From Gammaproteobacteria bacterium (GTDB taxonomy: Bacteria; Pseudomonadota; Gammaproteobacteria; Eutrophobiales; Eutrophobiaceae), in contig OZ220696.1 in the NCBI GenBank assembly GCA_965116495.1, positions 32,001 to 96,000 of the forward strand: a stretch of DNA of 64,000 nt. Direction: 5' to 3'. The position numbers and the translations under genes were made by a program. The notes beneath the pieces are model-generated. The model was not told the DNA's origin. It ran no database searches and saw only the letters and a program-made list of their open reading frames with translations. Below are positions 59,776 to 64,000 of this stretch, piece by piece (position 1 is the first letter of the stretch; each line of letters opens with the position of its first letter).

Positions 59776-61875
59776 TTAAACTTTGCTGAAGTGAAATTTT
59801 GTGTTTAACCATCGCGCTATCAGTTTATCTGCCCGGCCGGGGTACTGCGCCAGAATAATATCAGCAGTTCGTTGTACCCGCGGTATCAGGTGCGCATCCC
59901 GAACGAAATCAGCGATGTGCAGTTCCGGCACTCCCGTTTGTTTTTTTCCCAGTATTTCCCCGGGTCCGCGCAATTCCAGGTCACTCTTCGCTATGGCAAA
60001 ACCGTCACTGGTTTCCCGCATCCTGTTCAGCCTCACCCGGGCGTTCTCCGACAAGGGTGTCTGGTAGAGCAGGACACAATCACTTGCCTGGGCGCCGCGG
60101 CCAACCCTGCCGCGCAACTGGTGCAGTTGGGACAACCCGAGCCGCTCCGCATTTTCAATGATCATGAGGCTGGCGTTGGCGACGTCAACACCCACCTCGA
60201 TGACCGTCGTCGCAACCAGCAGGTCTATCCGCCCGCGTTTGAAATCATCCATCACCGCTTCCTTCTCGGTGTTTTTCATTCTGCCGTGGATGAGGCCGAT
60301 AGTTAATTCAGCCAGTTGCCGGGCCAGGTGTTTCCGGATCTCTTCCGCCGCCTGTAATTGCAGTGTTTCCGAATTCTCAATCAAGGTACATACCCAGTAA
60401 GCCTGCCGTCCCTGCTTGCAGACTTCATGGATGCGTTCGATCACTTCTTCCCTTTTTTCATTCGAGATCACCGTCGTCTTGATCGGCTGTCGCCCGGGAG
60501 GCAGTTGATCGATGACGGAAATATCCAGGTCTGCAAACAATGTCATTGCCAGGGTCCTGGGTATAGGTGTCGCAGTCATGATCAACTGGTGGGGCTGCCG
60601 GGTTTTTTCCATGCCTTTTTCCAGCAGGGCAAGCCGTTGGTCAACACCGAAGCGGTGTTGTTCGTCAATAATGATCAGGCCTACGTTGCTGAAAGTAACC
60701 TGGTCCTGGAACAGGGCATGGGTGCCGACGACGACCATCGGTTGTGCCGAGCCAAGCTGCGCCAGCACTTCTCCTTTTTCGTTACGCGACTGTTTCCCGG
60801 CCAACAGCAATACCGGGATGCCGATAGGTGAAAACCATTGTCTGATATTGAAATAGTGCTGATCCGCAAGAATTTCAGTGGGCGCCATGAGGGCAACCTG
60901 GTAACCGGAGTGAATCACCTGCAGGGCGGAAATGGCGGCGACCACGGTTTTGCCCGAGCCCACGTCTCCCTGGACAAGGCGCAGCATCGGTACGGGCCGC
61001 AACATGTCGTTCCGGATTTCGGCCAGGACCCGTTTCTGGGCATGGGTCAGGTCAAAAGGGAGGTTGTCCAGAAATGTGTTGACTCCAGCGCTTGCGCCCT
61101 TGTGAACGGCAAACGCCGACTGTGCCTGCACCGTCTTCCTGACCAGGCGCAGGCTCAGGTGGTGCGCCAGCAATTCTTCGAATGCCAGGCGTTGCTGGGC
61201 CGGATGATTACCGTCCATCAGGCTGTCCAGGTCGGCGTCCCGCGGCGGCCTGTGGACATACCTGATCGCCTGTCCGAGGCTGAACAGGGCGAATTGATTC
61301 AAAATCCCGTCCGGCAGCAACTCCGTCAAGCCGGTCTTGTCCCTGGACAGGGCATCCAGGGCTTGTCCGGTCAGGTTACGCAACTTGAATTGGGAAATTC
61401 CCTGGGTCAGTGGATAGACAGGGGTCAGGGTCTGTTCCAGGACGACGTCCTCATCGGCATCAACCCGCTGGTATTCGGGATGGGCCATTTCCATGGAGTG
61501 ATTGACGATTCTTGCCTGGCCCCAGCAGCGCAGGGTCATGCCCTGCTTCAGGTTGGCCTGCTGTGTCCAGGAGAAATGAAAAAACCGCAGGGTCAGGGCG
61601 CCGGTGCCGTCGCTGATGCGGCAGAGCAGGCTGCGCCGCCGGCCGGTCAGTACCTGGACCAGTTCAACCGTACCCTGGCACAGGGCGCTGTCCCCCGGCC
61701 TCAGACTGCCGATGGGGATAAGCCGGGTACGGTCTATGTATCGATTGGGCAGGTGAAATAACAGGTCCTGGATTACCCGGATACCCAGGTGTTGCAACCG
61801 TTCTCCGATCCGTGGGCCGACACCTTTCAGGGTGTTAACGGGGGCGTTGAGAGTTGGGAGTTGTTCGGATCCCAC
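59776..61875 (-). CDS. recG: ATP-dependent DNA helicase RecG
   Basis: QGDVGSGKT, DEQHRFG, MTATPIPRT, QLHQLRGRVGRG, DLELRGPG. Confidence 0.97.
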   Translation of the reverse strand: MGSEQLPTLNAPVNTLKGVGPRIGERLQHLGIRVIQDLLFHLPNRYIDRTRLIPIGSLRPGDSALCQGTVELVQVLTGRRRSLLCRISDGTGALTLRFFHFSWTQQANLKQGMTLRCWGQARIVNHSMEMAHPEYQRVDADEDVVLEQTLTPVYPLTQGISQFKLRNLTGQALDALSRDKTGLTELLPDGILNQFALFSLGQAIRYVHRPPRDADLDSLMDGNHPAQQRLAFEELLAHHLSLRLVRKTVQAQSAFAVHKGASAGVNTFLDNLPFDLTHAQKRVLAEIRNDMLRPVPMLRLVQGDVGSGKTVVAAISALQVIHSGYQVALMAPTEILADQHYFNIRQWFSPIGIPVLLLAGKQSRNEKGEVLAQLGSAQPMVVVGTHALFQDQVTFSNVGLIIIDEQHRFGVDQRLALLEKGMEKTRQPHQLIMTATPIPRTLAMTLFADLDISVIDQLPPGRQPIKTTVISNEKREEVIERIHEVCKQGRQAYWVCTLIENSETLQLQAAEEIRKHLARQLAELTIGLIHGRMKNTEKEAVMDDFKRGRIDLLVATTVIEVGVDVANASLMIIENAERLGLSQLHQLRGRVGRGAQASDCVLLYQTPLSENARVRLNRMRETSDGFAIAKSDLELRGPGEILGKKQTGVPELHIADFVRDAHLIPRVQRTADIILAQYPGRADKLIARWLNTKFHFSKV

Positions 61876-61887
61876 GAGCCGGCAGGC

Positions 61888-63999
61888 TTATCTTCTGCTG
61901 ATTTTGGATACGTGGGGAATATTCCTGATCCGCCTGATAATGTTAGCCAGATGCAGCCGGTCGGAGACTTCCACAACAAATTTCAAGGTCGTATAGCGAT
62001 CATCCTTGTCATTCATTTCCACACTGACGATATTGGCGTTACGCGCAGCGATTTCAGTTGCAATCTTGGCCAGAACACCGCGTTGGTTGGTAACATCCAC
62101 CCTGATATTGGTCGGAAAGCTGCTGCCGATCTCCTCTTCCCAGGCTACGTCAAGCCATTTATCCGGGTGGTTCCTGAATTCCGTCACGTTCGGGCAGGTC
62201 TGGTGATGCACGACAATACCGCGGCCGGTTGTAACAAACCCGAGAATAGGATCACCGGGTATGGGACGGCAGCACTTGGGGAAGTTTACTACCATGCCTT
62301 CGGTGCCTCTTATGGTCAGCGGCGCGCTGTTGCGGCTGGTTCTCTTTTTTGTCCTGACCGGTTTTTCTATCAGTTGCCTTGCAACGATGGCGGCAATCCT
62401 GTTGCCCAGGCCCACTTCCTGTAGTAATTCGTTCTGGTTGTCCAGGTTGAATTCCTTCACCAGCTTGTTCCATTGGGGAGGTTTGATTTCATCATAACTG
62501 GTCGAATAAAGCTTGAGTTCCCTGACGAGCAGGCGTTTACCCAGTGAGCGCGCCTCACTCTTGCGGAGATTTTTCAGATAGTGCCTGATGTTTGCCCTGG
62601 CCTTTGCCGTCACGGCAAAATTCAGCCAGGCCGGGTCGGGTTTTGCGCCGGGAGCGGTGATGACCTCGATAGTCTGTCCCGTGGCGAGATGGGTACTCAA
62701 GGGCGCCAGGCGCCGGTCAATCCTGACACCCACGCAACTGTTGCCCACGTCGGTGTGGATTGCATAGGCAAAGTCTACGGCTGTGGCGCCTTTTTGCAGT
62801 TCAAAGATATCTCCCTTGGGCGTGAACGCATAAACGGATTCCGGGAACAGGTCGATTTTAACGTGTTCCAGGAAGTCCTGTGGATTGCCCGCCGCGGTTT
62901 GCATTTCCATGATGTGTTGCAACCACTCCCGGGCGCGTTTATGCGCGCCGGTCCGATCAGCAGGAGGCCCCGATTTATACAACCAGTGTGCCGCAATGCC
63001 AACCTCGGCGACGTCGTTCATGTCCGTGGTCCTGATTTGCACTTCCAGGGGTACGCCGTAGGGTCCGAACAGGACGGTATGCAATGACTGGTAGCCGTTC
63101 GACTTGGGTATGGCCACGTAATCCTTGAATTTTCCCGGAACAGGCCGGTACAGGTTGTGTGCGGTGCCGACCACGCGGTAACAGGTATCCACGTCATCGA
63201 CAACGATACGAAAGGCGTAAACGTCATAGACTTCGCTGAAGGAAAGGTCCTTCTCCAGCATTTTCTGGTATATGCCGTAAAGGTGTTTTTCCCTGCCGAT
63301 TACCTTGGCCGGAATTTTTTCCTGCCGTAAGCGGCGCTTGATGGAGTTTTTTATCTTGGCAATGATTTCTTTGCGATGTCCCCTGGCCTTGATGATCTGT
63401 TCGTTCAGGATGCGGTAGCGCATGGGATAGAGTGTTGCAAAACCCAGGTCCTCAAGTTCCAGGCGGATGCTGTTTATGCCCAGACGCTGGGCTATGGGCG
63501 CATATATCTCCAGGGTTTCCCTGGCTATGCGCCGGCGTTTAGCCGGTTCGAGGGCGCCCAGGGTACGCATGTTGTGCAGCCTATCAGCCAGTTTCACGAT
63601 GATCACGCGGATGTCATTGCTCATGGCCATCAGCATTTTACGAAAGTTCTGGGCCTGGGCTTCCGCATGGGAATCGAATTCAACCTGTGCCAGTTTACTG
63701 ACGCCGTCGACCAGTTCCGCGATACCTTTGCCGAAGCGGCGCACGATTTCTTTTTTTTCGGTGTCGGTGTCTTCTATGACGTCATGCAGAATAGCTGCAG
63801 CCAGGGTCTGGTGGTCCATGTGCATATCGCCAAGAATACCGGCTACTTCCAGGGGGTGGCTGATATAAGGCTCGCCACTTTTGCGATGCTGACCCTCGTG
63901 AGCGGAAGCGCTGAACTCATAGGCGCGGCGTACTTTCTCAACCTCATCGGAGGTGAGATAGCCACCTATCCTTTTTTCAAGTTCGGAAATGGTAGTCAT
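61888..63999 (-). CDS. spoT: Bifunctional (p)ppGpp synthetase/hydrolase SpoT
   Basis: H..Q.RKSGEPY, LHDVIED, KLADRLHN, KDY..PK.NGYQSLHT, TGS and ACT domains. Confidence 0.96.
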   Translation of the reverse strand: MTTISELEKRIGGYLTSDEVEKVRRAYEFSASAHEGQHRKSGEPYISHPLEVAGILGDMHMDHQTLAAAILHDVIEDTDTEKKEIVRRFGKGIAELVDGVSKLAQVEFDSHAEAQAQNFRKMLMAMSNDIRVIIVKLADRLHNMRTLGALEPAKRRRIARETLEIYAPIAQRLGINSIRLELEDLGFATLYPMRYRILNEQIIKARGHRKEIIAKIKNSIKRRLRQEKIPAKVIGREKHLYGIYQKMLEKDLSFSEVYDVYAFRIVVDDVDTCYRVVGTAHNLYRPVPGKFKDYVAIPKSNGYQSLHTVLFGPYGVPLEVQIRTTDMNDVAEVGIAAHWLYKSGPPADRTGAHKRAREWLQHIMEMQTAAGNPQDFLEHVKIDLFPESVYAFTPKGDIFELQKGATAVDFAYAIHTDVGNSCVGVRIDRRLAPLSTHLATGQTIEVITAPGAKPDPAWLNFAVTAKARANIRHYLKNLRKSEARSLGKRLLVRELKLYSTSYDEIKPPQWNKLVKEFNLDNQNELLQEVGLGNRIAAIVARQLIEKPVRTKKRTSRNSAPLTIRGTEGMVVNFPKCCRPIPGDPILGFVTTGRGIVVHHQTCPNVTEFRNHPDKWLDVAWEEEIGSSFPTNIRVDVTNQRGVLAKIATEIAARNANIVSVEMNDKDDRYTTLKFVVEVSDRLHLANIIRRIRNIPHVSKISRR

Positions 64000-64000
64000 A

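Noticed and set aside
59693-59812. N-terminal extension of UbiA
   Set aside because: Overlaps the recG end; a better RBS precedes ATG 59692.
60838-61761. Long antisense ORFs (also 29268..30014, 40623..41411, 44438..45208, 57695..58390)
   Set aside because: Shadows of well-supported genes on the opposite strand, with no motifs of their own.

Overview
Chromosomal window from a gammaproteobacterium, judged by the nnr-tsaE-amiB-mutL-miaA-hfq operon, clpS-clpA, birA-coaX and spoT-recG-ubiA. The first ~20 kb is accessory and catabolic. It holds two SDR paralogues, two head-to-head phytoene-desaturase-family flavoproteins with an aldehyde dehydrogenase, an incomplete Aap-type amino-acid ABC system, L-fuconate dehydratase, a TonB-dependent receptor, a DUF1778/GNAT toxin-antitoxin pair and a manD-kdgK-eda sugar-acid cluster. 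The rest is mostly housekeeping, plus a six-gene Ttp/TonB2-like operon and sulfur genes (tauE, cysB, cysH, sseA). Two non-coding signals stand out. (1) An unannotated ~170-nt RNA with ANGGA-loop hairpins (CsrA/RsmA-sponge-like) sits behind a CRP class-II-type promoter, directly downstream of a class III cyclase and a Crp-family gene. This suggests a self-contained cyclic-nucleotide/Crp/sRNA module. (2) Three copies of an element bounded by inverted heptamer (GAATTAG/GAATTAC) tandem arrays; two of them share a colinear conserved core. All calls are from manual motif reading; no searches were run.
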